From positions 2,102 to 66,101 of the IMG/VR virus record IMGVR_UViG_3300031084_000275: a stretch of 64,000 nucleotides of DNA. One strand, given 5' to 3'. The position numbers were made by a program, and so were the translations under genes. Each line of letters opens with the position of its first letter. Within the stretch, counting starts at the first letter, position 1. Source of the DNA: a virus. The notes beneath the pieces were generated by a model. It had not been told where the DNA came from, did not search any database, and saw nothing but the letters and a program-made list of their open reading frames with translations. Shown in pieces: positions 36,340-44,926 of this stretch.

Positions 36340-36486
36340 TCACGCGGGTTGCTCCTGTTTGCTGGCTTCGTGCGCAGCGATGGCCGCCGCTGCGTATTCC
36401 TGCATCTGCTGCGGGGAGAAATAGACGTTGCCAGTCGGCATGCGCTTCAGCGCGGGCTCGGGAAGTGCCGGAAGGTTTTCATGCAT
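36340..36486 (-). CDS. Small phage hypothetical protein
   Basis: LPALPEP...FSPQQMQEYA motif. Confidence 0.5.
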   Translation of the reverse strand: MHENLPALPEPALKRMPTGNVYFSPQQMQEYAAAAIAAHEASKQEQPA

Positions 36487-36967
36487 GGCGGTTCTCCATC
36501 TGGTGTTTTGCAGTGATTGCGACGCCAAGTGCCGGCCACGCATGGGTGGACACGCCGAACAGCGGGCCGGGCTTGGCTTTGATGCCAATCTGCGGGGTCT
36601 TGCCGCCGCCGGTAGCGGGGAAAAGGTCGATCAGTGCTTGGCGGACGTTGCCGTCCTTGGCCTTGGTCGTGCCGCAAAGATGCAGCTTCACGTCTTTCCG
36701 GTAGACGAGGCGCACTGCTTCGGGCTCGGGCCAGGCCTGGATAAACCGGCCAATCCACAGGCAGGTTTCGAAGACCTCGCGACCGACGGGCATGCCGTAG
36801 GAGGCGATCATCTCGACAGCCAGCGTGCCGAAGTCATCAGCCCAGACACCGAGGTGACCAAGCAGCCGACCGTTCGGCCAAACATCTGAACCGATGACGC
36901 TCGAGCCGTCGTACACGCACCAGCCGGACTCGGTCGTGCCAGGGTCGATGGCGACGATTGGGCTCAT
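36479..36967 (-). CDS. RuvC-like Holliday junction resolvase
   Basis: IVAIDPGTTESG; LAVEMI; VKLHLCG...AKD. Confidence 0.75.
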   Translation of the reverse strand: MSPIVAIDPGTTESGWCVYDGSSVIGSDVWPNGRLLGHLGVWADDFGTLAVEMIASYGMPVGREVFETCLWIGRFIQAWPEPEAVRLVYRKDVKLHLCGTTKAKDGNVRQALIDLFPATGGGKTPQIGIKAKPGPLFGVSTHAWPALGVAITAKHQMENRHA

Positions 36968-37173
36968 GCCGTCGCTCCCTTCAGTGCGTTGATCGTGGCC
37001 GCGCGCTGAGCGTCGCTGGCCTGTTTGCCGATGTGGGCCAGCATCCCTTCCTGGACCTTGCGCGCGGTCTTGGGGTCGGCCGGCGAGCGGACGGACTTGA
37101 CCAAGCGCACGCAGCAGTCGAGGCAGCCGGTGTCGTAGATGCTGGTGGTGGGCGTGCAGGTGCAGGCTTTCAT
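36964..37173 (-). CDS. Small Cys-rich phage protein
   Basis: CTC...CLDCCVRL. Confidence 0.6.
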   Translation of the reverse strand: MKACTCTPTTSIYDTGCLDCCVRLVKSVRSPADPKTARKVQEGMLAHIGKQASDAQRAATINALKGATA

Positions 37174-38543
37174 TCCTGGAATCCACGCGTCTTGCGCTGC
37201 ATCGGCATGTCGGGGCTGGGCGCTGGGGCCCAGTCTCGCGACAGGCTTTCGAAGCGGGTTTGCTCGCCGATGTAGGCCAGTCGCACGCGGCCTGGCTCAC
37301 CCTGGCGGATCAGGCCCACATTCACTTCGGCCGTGCCGCGCTCGGGACTGTTGGCGTTGTAGACCTCGTCGCGGTACAGGAACAAAGCAGCGTCGCAGTC
37401 CTGTTCGATTGCACCGGAGTCGCGCAGGTCCGACGGCATCGGGCGCTTGTCGGGCCGGTTCTCCAGCTGCCGATTCAGCTGCGACAGCAGCATGATCGCG
37501 ATGTCCAGTTCCTTGGCGAGGGCCTTCAGGCCGCGCGTGATCGACTCGATCTGCGCGTTGCGGTTGTCGCCCTCCCCGCTCATCAGCTGCAGGTAGTCGA
37601 TCACCAGCAGGTCCAGGCCTTTCTTGCGCTTGACCTGGCGTGCCTTGGTCCGCACGTCGAGCAGCGTCAGCCCGCCCTGGTCATCCACCCACAGATTCAG
37701 TTCCCGCAGCGCTTCCAGGCCGTCGGTGATTGCGCTCCAGATTTCGTCGCCGCCTTGCTTCTCTGGCGGGATGGTGTGCGCCTGGAGCAGGTAGCCCATG
37801 GCAACCTTGCCCAGGCTGGCGACGTTGCGCTGGTGGATCTGCTGCTTCGGCATTTCCATCGACAGCACCAGCGAATTGCCTTCACGTGCCACGTGGTTCG
37901 CCACGTTGAATGCGAATGCCGACTTACCCATCTTCGGCCGCGCAGCAACCACGATCAGCTCACCGCGACGCATGCCGCCGGACATCTTCCGGTCTAGGTC
38001 GTAGAAGCCAGTGCTGATCGCCCTCGGTGCGGTGCCGGCGGCTTGGGCCTCCAGGTCTTCGATGAAGAACAGCAGACCATCAGCGGCAAGCTGCGGCTCA
38101 CTGCCGGTCTTCGACGCGGCCAACTTTTCCAGCTGAGTCTGGGCGTGGTCGATCAGCTTGCTGGCCGGCTCGCCGATGCTGTCGCGCGCCTGCTCCGCCA
38201 AATTCGATGCCAGGTCAAGAATCCCGCGGCGCTGGGCGCGGTCGCGCACGATCTCGGCGTAGTGGCCGATGTTCGAATAGCCCGGCGTGTTGCGCGACAG
38301 GTCGTTCAGGTACTTCAGCGTTTCCGTCGATCGGCCGCCCATGCGGTCAAACACGGTCAGCACGTCAGCGGTGCCGCCCTCGCCGATGATGGCCAGCAGC
38401 TGGGCGTACACGTGGCGGTTCTGCGGCCCGAAGAAATGGTGCGGGTGCAGATCGCCCATGTGCTCTATCGCGTTGTTGTTCAGCAGCAGGCCGCCAAGAA
38501 CGGCTTGCTCCGCCTCGTTTGCGTGAATGGCAGCGTCGTTCAT
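37170..38543 (-). CDS. dnaB: Replicative DNA helicase
   Basis: AARPKMGKS Walker A; VIDYLQL; SQLNR; DLRDSGAIEQD. Confidence 0.95.
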   Translation of the reverse strand: MNDAAIHANEAEQAVLGGLLLNNNAIEHMGDLHPHHFFGPQNRHVYAQLLAIIGEGGTADVLTVFDRMGGRSTETLKYLNDLSRNTPGYSNIGHYAEIVRDRAQRRGILDLASNLAEQARDSIGEPASKLIDHAQTQLEKLAASKTGSEPQLAADGLLFFIEDLEAQAAGTAPRAISTGFYDLDRKMSGGMRRGELIVVAARPKMGKSAFAFNVANHVAREGNSLVLSMEMPKQQIHQRNVASLGKVAMGYLLQAHTIPPEKQGGDEIWSAITDGLEALRELNLWVDDQGGLTLLDVRTKARQVKRKKGLDLLVIDYLQLMSGEGDNRNAQIESITRGLKALAKELDIAIMLLSQLNRQLENRPDKRPMPSDLRDSGAIEQDCDAALFLYRDEVYNANSPERGTAEVNVGLIRQGEPGRVRLAYIGEQTRFESLSRDWAPAPSPDMPMQRKTRGFQE

Positions 38544-39508
38544 GCCGTGGCTTCCTCAGCGTGGTATCGGCCCTCGCGGATCTTCGCGAAGTTCTCGGGT
38601 TTGCAAATCCATTCCAGCGAGGCCAGGAATGGGCGACGGTCGCGGCCTTGCGTTCGGCCGCACAGGAAGTCGGACTTGCCGACGTAGGTGAACAGCTGGC
38701 GCCAGTAGTCCAGGTTCTGGCGCTTGGTGTCCTCAGCCCAGCGAGCCCGAAGGCTTGCAGCCCTGGCTGGTGTCCAATCGCGGATGGCAGGCGAAGCAGG
38801 CAGAAGATCGTGGTACAGCTCGATGATTTTCTGGTGAGGGCAGGAAGAGCGATCAGCCTTCGGCGGTGGCTCGTCGGCAGCAGCGCTGCCGACAAACAGA
38901 CCGGCCGGGCTGTCGGGGTATGAAGCTTTATCCTGTTCCTGTTCCTGTTCCTGTTCCTGATTAGGCATAGGGTTCAGGGAAGTCTTAATCAAAGCCTTTG
39001 CGGTAGGCTTCTCTTTAGGCTGTTCGGCCTGCTCAGGCGGAGCCGCGTCAGGGGGCGAAACGTCAAGCGGCACAACCTTATTGAAGGCATCAACGTAGGT
39101 CGGGCCCACGGTCGCCAGGTGGGCTCGGATAGCCACTAGCGCGCGATGTTTGAGCTCACATTCGGGAAGCAGATCAATTTCGGCGCGCCAGCCGATTACC
39201 ACGTTGGGAGACTCTGGCTTGTTGTGCTTGATGGCATTCGGCAACCATACGAGCTTGGCTTTGAAGTCGGCTTCTGCCATGCCTTGCGTTGTGACTTCGG
39301 CGAAGGCTTTGTCGAAGGCTTCCAGTTCCCATCCAAGCTCTTCGGCCATGGCGGCACGTCCGGCGCGGAACAGGCCGGGGATGGCAGTCGTGTGAGGGCC
39401 AGTCAGCAGGAAGAACCACAGACCCTGCCCTGACGGCAGCAGCGGAGACAGTTCAGCGAACCTCTTGTCTGACCAAGTGCGGACCTCGATCTTGCGATAT
39501 CTGCTCAT
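38540..39508 (-). CDS. Phage replication initiator (O-like)
   Basis: MSRYRKI...W.D..F N-domain; EQEQEQ linker; C-terminal ASLEWICKPENFAKIREGRY. Confidence 0.8.
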   Translation of the reverse strand: MSRYRKIEVRTWSDKRFAELSPLLPSGQGLWFFLLTGPHTTAIPGLFRAGRAAMAEELGWELEAFDKAFAEVTTQGMAEADFKAKLVWLPNAIKHNKPESPNVVIGWRAEIDLLPECELKHRALVAIRAHLATVGPTYVDAFNKVVPLDVSPPDAAPPEQAEQPKEKPTAKALIKTSLNPMPNQEQEQEQEQDKASYPDSPAGLFVGSAAADEPPPKADRSSCPHQKIIELYHDLLPASPAIRDWTPARAASLRARWAEDTKRQNLDYWRQLFTYVGKSDFLCGRTQGRDRRPFLASLEWICKPENFAKIREGRYHAEEATA

Positions 39509-39512
39509 GTCA

Positions 39513-40019
39513 TTATTCCGAGGCGCGCAACACGCCGACGGCCTGCTTCATCGGCTCAATGGCACGCTGATAGAACGCTTCGATCTCCGGCGTCCACTGG
39601 TTGCGCGCGATCAATTCGGCGCGTGTGCGGTCGACGTACACCAGCTCTAGGCGTCGGCGTTCCTCGCGGTTGATTCCGGATCGGTCGTGTAGCTCGTGGG
39701 CGGCGGGCGACAGTGGGAACGAAAGCGAGTCGCAGGCCTTGATGGACAGGCCCTTGCTGAAATTTGCATGGGCGCACTGGCTGAAGCCGATCAGTCCTGT
39801 GACGAGACACGGGAGGGCAGCGACATTGCGACGGTGCTTTTCGCTGCGCAGCAAGGTCGGTTCTTTCGGCACGGCCTTGCGCACCAGGCCGAGCATCTCC
39901 GCCAACATCTGGCCAAGGCCTTTGCTACGCGGGGCTGCCTTGCGGCCGATTGTGCTGCGCGCCATGCCAGCAGATCCGCGCGCCATAGGGGTCTTACGGA
40001 CGAACTCGCTGCGCTTCAT
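39513..40019 (-). CDS. DUF968/NinG-like HNH-type phage protein
   Basis: VAALPCLVTG...QCAH...KACD..FPL...HELHD. Confidence 0.55.
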   Translation of the reverse strand: MKRSEFVRKTPMARGSAGMARSTIGRKAAPRSKGLGQMLAEMLGLVRKAVPKEPTLLRSEKHRRNVAALPCLVTGLIGFSQCAHANFSKGLSIKACDSLSFPLSPAAHELHDRSGINREERRRLELVYVDRTRAELIARNQWTPEIEAFYQRAIEPMKQAVGVLRASE

Positions 40020-40426
40020 GGCATTACCTCGCCGGCAACATTCACGTGAATTTCTTGGGTAGCGCACCAGGCCAGCACGTATTCCAGCAAGCTGGACATG
40101 CGAGCGACCGACATGCGTGCAGACGACTCGCGCACGTTGCAGAACTCGCCTTCGAGGCCGGGAATCATGTCGGCGCCAAGGCCGGTAGCCTGGGCGTGGC
40201 CGGAGATGAACAGCACCTTCCATTGGTCTTCAGTCAGCTTTCGGCCGTGCCAGGTTGCACGCTTGGCGACAGCGGAGAACAGCGCATGCAACAGCGCGTT
40301 CTGGTCACTGCTTCGCGTGCGCGGCTTGATCTCAACTCGGTAGCCCGGCGGCGCTTCGGCGCAGGCGCGAGCGGCGTTACGGCGCACCAGGGGATTGGCG
40401 AGGATGAATACTTGGCGGTCGCTCAT
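40016..40426 (-). CDS. ninB: NinB-family recombination protein
   Basis: RSSDQNALLHA...WK.LF...S.ARMS...SLLEY. Confidence 0.85.
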   Translation of the reverse strand: MSDRQVFILANPLVRRNAARACAEAPPGYRVEIKPRTRSSDQNALLHALFSAVAKRATWHGRKLTEDQWKVLFISGHAQATGLGADMIPGLEGEFCNVRESSARMSVARMSSLLEYVLAWCATQEIHVNVAGEVMP

Positions 40427-40605
40427 GCTGCTTCTGCCTGCATGTCGCCCACGAGACGGTCGAACTCGGCCTGCCACGTCGCGTGCGCATCCGATCCGGC
40501 GGGCCAGGGGTTGGTGATCGATCCATTGCCGAACACGCGGCAGCGGGCGGCTTCGAACGCCTGGGCGCGGATTGCGTCGATGGAAGCGAAAATGTCAGCC
40601 ATCAC
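40423..40605 (-). CDS. Small phage hypothetical protein
   Basis: NPWPAGSDAHATW. Confidence 0.55.
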   Translation of the reverse strand: MMADIFASIDAIRAQAFEAARCRVFGNGSITNPWPAGSDAHATWQAEFDRLVGDMQAEAA

Positions 40606-41114
40606 TTCGCTCCCTTGCCGGCCGCGCGGCGCACCATCGCTTCCAGGCGATTCAGCAGGCGGATGCCCTTGCGGATCTGCGTCACGATCGCGTCGAGGTC
40701 GTTGTTGCAGATGACCAGGTCGGCCATCGCGTGGCTAATGATCCGCGCCAAGATGCCGCTTTCCTCGCCCAGCTTCAGACCCTTGTGCAGGATGGCGGTG
40801 GGCTCCATGTCCTCGGGCGCAACCACTTCGGCCGGCGCCGTGCTGAGGCCATGCTGGGCATTCAAGGCGTGCAGCCAGTCCAGCGCGTCGGGGCGGTTCT
40901 TCTCCTGCATCCACTCGGTCAGCAGGTCGGCGAATTCAATCGACAGCGACTCACCCTCTACGCCGCGCAGCTTGGCGCGCAGCGATTCCGCGTGAATGCT
41001 TTTGCCGCGACGGTTTGTCAGGAACTGCGCAGCATCGGCCACGCCACCGGGCGTCTGGCGCACGGACGTATAGAGAGAGTCGCGCCAGTCGGCGGTCGAG
41101 TAGCGGCACGTCAT
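40602..41114 (-). CDS. CII-like regulator
   Basis: TPGGVADAA...ESLRAKL; position downstream of cro. Confidence 0.65.
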   Translation of the reverse strand: MTCRYSTADWRDSLYTSVRQTPGGVADAAQFLTNRRGKSIHAESLRAKLRGVEGESLSIEFADLLTEWMQEKNRPDALDWLHALNAQHGLSTAPAEVVAPEDMEPTAILHKGLKLGEESGILARIISHAMADLVICNNDLDAIVTQIRKGIRLLNRLEAMVRRAAGKGAK

Positions 41115-41425
41115 ACGGCACCTTGAGCGGGCTGGTGTTTCAGGGTTTCGAGCGGGGAACGAACGCCGGATACTTCAATCCATGCGAACAACCGCGAAAC
41201 AGGGAGAACGAAGTGAGTGATCTGCGCCAGCAGCTGGAAGACTTGGTCGACGATGCCGACGAAGCCATGCGAACGCGTGACCGGCTGCTGGCGGCGCGAC
41301 TGATCGCGCACGACCAGGTCAGTGACGCGGGCGAAGACCTGGTGCTGGAGGTGTTCCGCGAGCTGTGCGCCGTTCGCGCCACGATTGACGACGGGTACGA
41401 CGAGGGGTGCATGGAGACGCTTCAT
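41111..41425 (-). CDS. Hypothetical ORF in the pR operon (has an antisense partner)
   Basis: ATGA overlaps at both ends. Confidence 0.4.
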   Translation of the reverse strand: MKRLHAPLVVPVVNRGANGAQLAEHLQHQVFARVTDLVVRDQSRRQQPVTRSHGFVGIVDQVFQLLAQITHFVLPVSRLFAWIEVSGVRSPLETLKHQPAQGAV

Positions 41426-41428
41426 TGA
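41213..41428 (+). CDS. Antisense small acidic helical protein
   Basis: GGAG RBS, GTG start; GC3-rich codons. Confidence 0.55.
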   Translation: MSDLRQQLEDLVDDADEAMRTRDRLLAARLIAHDQVSDAGEDLVLEVFRELCAVRATIDDGYDEGCMETLH

Positions 41429-41817
41429 GCCGCCCCAGATGAAAACCCCGCATGGGCATGGCCATCCCCGGGATGTACGCTGCCAGTTCCTACGCCGGCA
41501 TCGCCACCCTGAGGACCGCCATGTTCAAAATGACCATCAACAAAAGCGCTTCCATCTCCATTCCCTGCCCGAAGTGCGGCCACAAGCAGAACCAGCTTGT
41601 GAGTCGGCTTCGCGAGGACCCAAAGGTGCCCTGCCCGCAGTGCGGAACCGTTATCGCCGTCGACGGCAAGCAGCTCGACCAGTTCATGCGAACCCTCGAA
41701 GGCTTCGGACGCTAGCCAGCGAAGCCACTCGGGCGAAGCGGACAGCAGTTGCGCTGCCTCGCCTGCCAGCGCCTGGAACTCGGAGCCTTCGACCTGGATG
41801 CTGATGTCGTTACGCAT
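41422..41817 (-). CDS. Hypothetical ORF coupled to cro (has an antisense partner)
   Basis: AAGGAGG RBS; ATGCGTAA overlap with the cro stop. Confidence 0.45.
   Translation of the reverse strand: MRNDISIQVEGSEFQALAGEAAQLLSASPEWLRWLASEAFEGSHELVELLAVDGDNGSALRAGHLWVLAKPTHKLVLLVAALRAGNGDGSAFVDGHFEHGGPQGGDAGVGTGSVHPGDGHAHAGFSSGAAQ
41521..41715 (+). CDS. Antisense Zn-ribbon protein
   Basis: GAGG RBS; CPKC...CPQC. Confidence 0.7.
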   Translation: MFKMTINKSASISIPCPKCGHKQNQLVSRLREDPKVPCPQCGTVIAVDGKQLDQFMRTLEGFGR

Positions 41818-42043
41818 GGGCCGCCTCCTTGGCGTGGATGCGCTTTGCGCGCCGCACCTGCTGTAGCTCGCTCTTCGCGAACAGCTCAGGCCGGATGGCC
41901 TTGAGAAACATCAGCCGCGCCGGCGGAATGCCGGTCTTACGCCAGTCGGACACCGACGGCGACTTGATGTCAAAGATCTCCGCGACAGCGGAGGTTCCGC
42001 CAAGCGCGTCGATAAGGTCCGAGTGGGGGTGTTTGATGTCCAT
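41810..42043 (-). CDS. Cro-like repressor
   Basis: LIDALGGTSAVA...SVSDWRKTGIP. Confidence 0.85.
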   Translation of the reverse strand: MDIKHPHSDLIDALGGTSAVAEIFDIKSPSVSDWRKTGIPPARLMFLKAIRPELFAKSELQQVRRAKRIHAKEAAHA

Positions 42044-42051
42044 GCCTGTAG

Positions 42052-42114
42052 TTAGCCATAGCTAATGAACAGAGTCAAGCCATGGCTAAGTCACAGGTTG
42101 TTAGGATTGCCTAA
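42052..42114. promoter_or_regulatory. OR1-3 operators and pRM (extended -10 TG-N-TAGGAT, leaderless cI)
   Basis: TTAGCCATAGCTAA 42052, CAAGCCATGGCTAA 42076, TTAGGATTGCCTAA 42101; no SD before ATG 42114. Confidence 0.8.
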
Positions 42115-42617
42115 TGCGCACACTTGCCGAAAGGCTCACCGAGGCAATGAAAGGCCCGCCCGAGATAAAGCCGGCGGAGCTAGCTCGTGCCTGCCGAATA
42201 AAACAGCCCTCAGTAAGCGGCTGGCTTTCAGGGAAAACAAAGAAGCTCGAAGGCGCCAACCTGCTGGCCGCCGCAGAGTGTCTGCGCGTCAACTATTGGT
42301 GGCTTGCGGATGGCTCTGGCGAGATGCGACCGACGGGAAAGCAGCAGGAAAGGCCGGTTGCGGTAGCTGAGTGGCCGTTCCCGCGAATCCCAGAAGATCA
42401 AGTCCGGGCGCTTGACGAATCTGATCGGAATAGACTTGAGGGAGCGATCGCGCTCGCAATAGCCCAGCTTAAGCTCAAGATTGATCTACCTGATTTCAAG
42501 ATAGACCGAGCCACTACCCCCGTCGCCGCCGCACTCCTGGACTTTGATCCCGACGATCTCACCACTACCGCTAAGTCCTCAGAGAAGGCCAAGCAGCAGC
42601 GAGAGAAGGCCCAATGA
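42114..42617 (+). CDS. CI-like XRE repressor without S24 peptidase domain
   Basis: TLAERL...AELARAC.IKQPSVSGWLSGK...WLADGSG; only 167 aa. Confidence 0.9.
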   Translation: MRTLAERLTEAMKGPPEIKPAELARACRIKQPSVSGWLSGKTKKLEGANLLAAAECLRVNYWWLADGSGEMRPTGKQQERPVAVAEWPFPRIPEDQVRALDESDRNRLEGAIALAIAQLKLKIDLPDFKIDRATTPVAAALLDFDPDDLTTTAKSSEKAKQQREKAQ

Positions 42618-43345
42618 GGATTGACGAAGCGCAAGTAGTAGGCGGAACGTTGACCTATGTCGGTGACAGCACCACTGGGGCGCAGCGCTGCGTGCTTGCG
42701 CTTGCTGATGGGTCCCGAAGAGCGGCGATAGTCAAATTCGATCCGATAGAGATGGTGGCCGCCGAGTGCTTCTGCGCGCTGTTGCTGAGGTCGTGGGGGC
42801 TCGATGTTCCAGACGCGTATGTTGTCGAAATGGAAGGCAAGATTGGATTTGCGAGCGCCGATGCCGGCTATCCAAACTTGAAGCAACGGATGACGGTTAG
42901 CACAGACCTTCCCGAAGTGATCAGACGCGCGGCCCTTGCGCGTGCATCAGCAGTGGCTGCCGAATTCCGAAGTACGCCTCTGGCGGTTGCTGCTGATGAG
43001 GCAATCGGGAATAGAGATAGGCACTTGGGTAACATCCTCTGGGACGGTGCAAAAGAAACGTGGATTGACCACGCGCTTTCCGTTGGAAACGCTGAGCATA
43101 TGAAAGACGTGAACAAGCTGGCGCTGATCGTGAAGTTTGCGGGCGCGCACGAGCGTGTAAGCAAGTCTGCACTTGCGCACGCATTGGCCATTGATCCGAC
43201 TATATTGCAGGCCGCTCAGGACGCCACTATTGCTGCGTCGATACCATGCACCGCGGCGGAATTCGTAGCAGACCGGCTACCCGGCCTCACCGCTGCCTTA
43301 CTGGCCCGCTTCCCTGCCGCTAACGGCTTATTCTCCACAGCATGA
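42614..43345 (+). CDS. HipA-family Ser/Thr kinase
   Basis: AIVK lysine, AAEC, catalytic NRDRHLGNILW, IDH. Confidence 0.85.
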   Translation: MRIDEAQVVGGTLTYVGDSTTGAQRCVLALADGSRRAAIVKFDPIEMVAAECFCALLLRSWGLDVPDAYVVEMEGKIGFASADAGYPNLKQRMTVSTDLPEVIRRAALARASAVAAEFRSTPLAVAADEAIGNRDRHLGNILWDGAKETWIDHALSVGNAEHMKDVNKLALIVKFAGAHERVSKSALAHALAIDPTILQAAQDATIAASIPCTAAEFVADRLPGLTAALLARFPAANGLFSTA

Positions 43346-44184
43346 CCGCATCGACCTCTACAGCGACTCTTTCGCGATGGCGCGCCCTTTTCTGGGAGCC
43401 AGTCGCGGGCACGGGCGAGCGGCTGGCTGTCGGCGTGGTCTATGAATTCGGTGGAAAGTGGGCGGCGACGCGGATCATTCGCGACGACGTGTTGGATGCC
43501 CTGTATGGCAAGCAGTCGTCCGCGGCTCGCTCGCTGATTGAGCACGGCCTGTCTATCTACCAGGCGGCGGCCGCGGCCGGCGGCATCGAGCACCTGAGCA
43601 TGCCGCTAGGCGGGCTGTTTCCGACAGAGTTACGGCAGACGGAGGCAACGTCGATACCTGACGTGTTACGCACTGCCGCCCTGCTCTATTCCAGCCTGGC
43701 TCAGATCGAGAGCTTTGAGCTGGCGGACGATACCGCCATGCCCCTTCCAGAGGAAGTGAACCGACGATTCAGCACGGATGTGAAGTCTTTGGTGATCGGC
43801 AGGTTGCCAAGTCTGGCCTCCTGCTTCGGCGTGGGCGGCAAGTTGACTGATGGCGGCCAAACTGTGCGCTTCGGGTTCCTCTCACCCAAGGCGGTACTGC
43901 ACTTTTCAGTGCTTCACCCCAATAGGCAGAGCGCGAGCGTGCGCGACGGCCGGGCCAGGCTATGGGAACTGCACCGAGCAAAAGCCGCATCGGGAATTCC
44001 CATAGCCGCGCTGATCATGTCAATGCCGAAGCACGACGACCCTACCCTAGGCTTGAAGCAGCGCGACCAGTTCTTGGCGCACAAGATAGAGCTGCAGAAG
44101 GAGGCGTCCGGGGCGCAGATACTGCTCCACGCGGTGACCACCGCAAGCGAAGCAGCAGACCGAGTGATAGAAGTAGCAGCCTGA
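43342..44184 (+). CDS. Kinase partner with DUF3037-like N-terminus
   Basis: WEPVAGTGERLAVGVV; 4-bp overlap with the kinase. Confidence 0.6.
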   Translation: MTASTSTATLSRWRALFWEPVAGTGERLAVGVVYEFGGKWAATRIIRDDVLDALYGKQSSAARSLIEHGLSIYQAAAAAGGIEHLSMPLGGLFPTELRQTEATSIPDVLRTAALLYSSLAQIESFELADDTAMPLPEEVNRRFSTDVKSLVIGRLPSLASCFGVGGKLTDGGQTVRFGFLSPKAVLHFSVLHPNRQSASVRDGRARLWELHRAKAASGIPIAALIMSMPKHDDPTLGLKQRDQFLAHKIELQKEASGAQILLHAVTTASEAADRVIEVAA

Positions 44185-44220
44185 GTCAACCGTTCCACTA
44201 ATTCACTCCAAGAGGAAGTA

Positions 44221-44409
44221 ATGAACCCTGTGTCCGCAGCTTACGTGTTGGTTATGACAGCCGGCCTCGCCGTTGCTGGCACGATGCTCTACTCGGTGAA
44301 GATGCGCCAGGAAGTGACGCTGTGCGAAGCCAGCGCGGAGGTTGCCCGCTTCTCGAGCGGACAAGAAGCGGCGAAGCTGAGTTTCCAGCGCTGCGTCGAC
44401 AAGATTTGA
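44221..44409 (+). CDS. Small membrane or secreted protein
   Basis: GAGG RBS; N-terminal TM; C-terminal Cys pair. Confidence 0.55.
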   Translation: MNPVSAAYVLVMTAGLAVAGTMLYSVKMRQEVTLCEASAEVARFSSGQEAAKLSFQRCVDKI

Positions 44410-44447
44410 TCTAGCTGCGAAGCTGTTTTACAGCGAATCCAGACGTG

Positions 44448-44469
44448 AAAAAGCCACCCTCGGGTGGCT
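44448..44469 (-). terminator. Terminator of the TPR-HEPN transcript
   Basis: AGCCACCCGAGGGTGGCTTTTT on the minus strand. Confidence 0.65.
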
Positions 44470-44494
44470 CTGCCGATAGGCTGCGCCAATTCCC

Positions 44495-44926
44495 TTAAGC
44501 GGAACTGACGACGTTTTCGTCAGAGGCGGCATCAAGCTTCCCCAGCTCGTCGAAAACTTTTCTCGAGCGACCCAGCGTAGCAACACAATCCTCCAACGGA
44601 TAATTGTCGTTGAGATGATAGTCAGCCCTAACCCTAGAGAGCTTCATCCGCGGCAGCTGCTTCGCCACAATCGCCACGGGCGAGTTAGCGCCGCCACCGA
44701 AAGACCGCGCCCACGCGGAATAGCCATCGACAACAGCATTGTGCGAACCCGTGCCACGGCGTTTTTCGCTCGGCGGGAAAAAATTCCCTGGCAGTGCGTC
44801 AAGCGCACGATGGAGAGCGGCGTAATAAGCCCGAGATGTCGCGGTTCGAAGAACGGCCTCATCAGATGCAGCGTCACAGCCCCACGATTCGACTAGGCTT
44901 AAAAAATCTTGAGCGTCCATGCTCAC
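44495..44926 (-). CDS. HEPN-domain protein
   Basis: LRTATSRAYYAALH; GSH; RVRADY. Confidence 0.8.
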   Translation of the reverse strand: MSMDAQDFLSLVESWGCDAASDEAVLRTATSRAYYAALHRALDALPGNFFPPSEKRRGTGSHNAVVDGYSAWARSFGGGANSPVAIVAKQLPRMKLSRVRADYHLNDNYPLEDCVATLGRSRKVFDELGKLDAASDENVVSSA

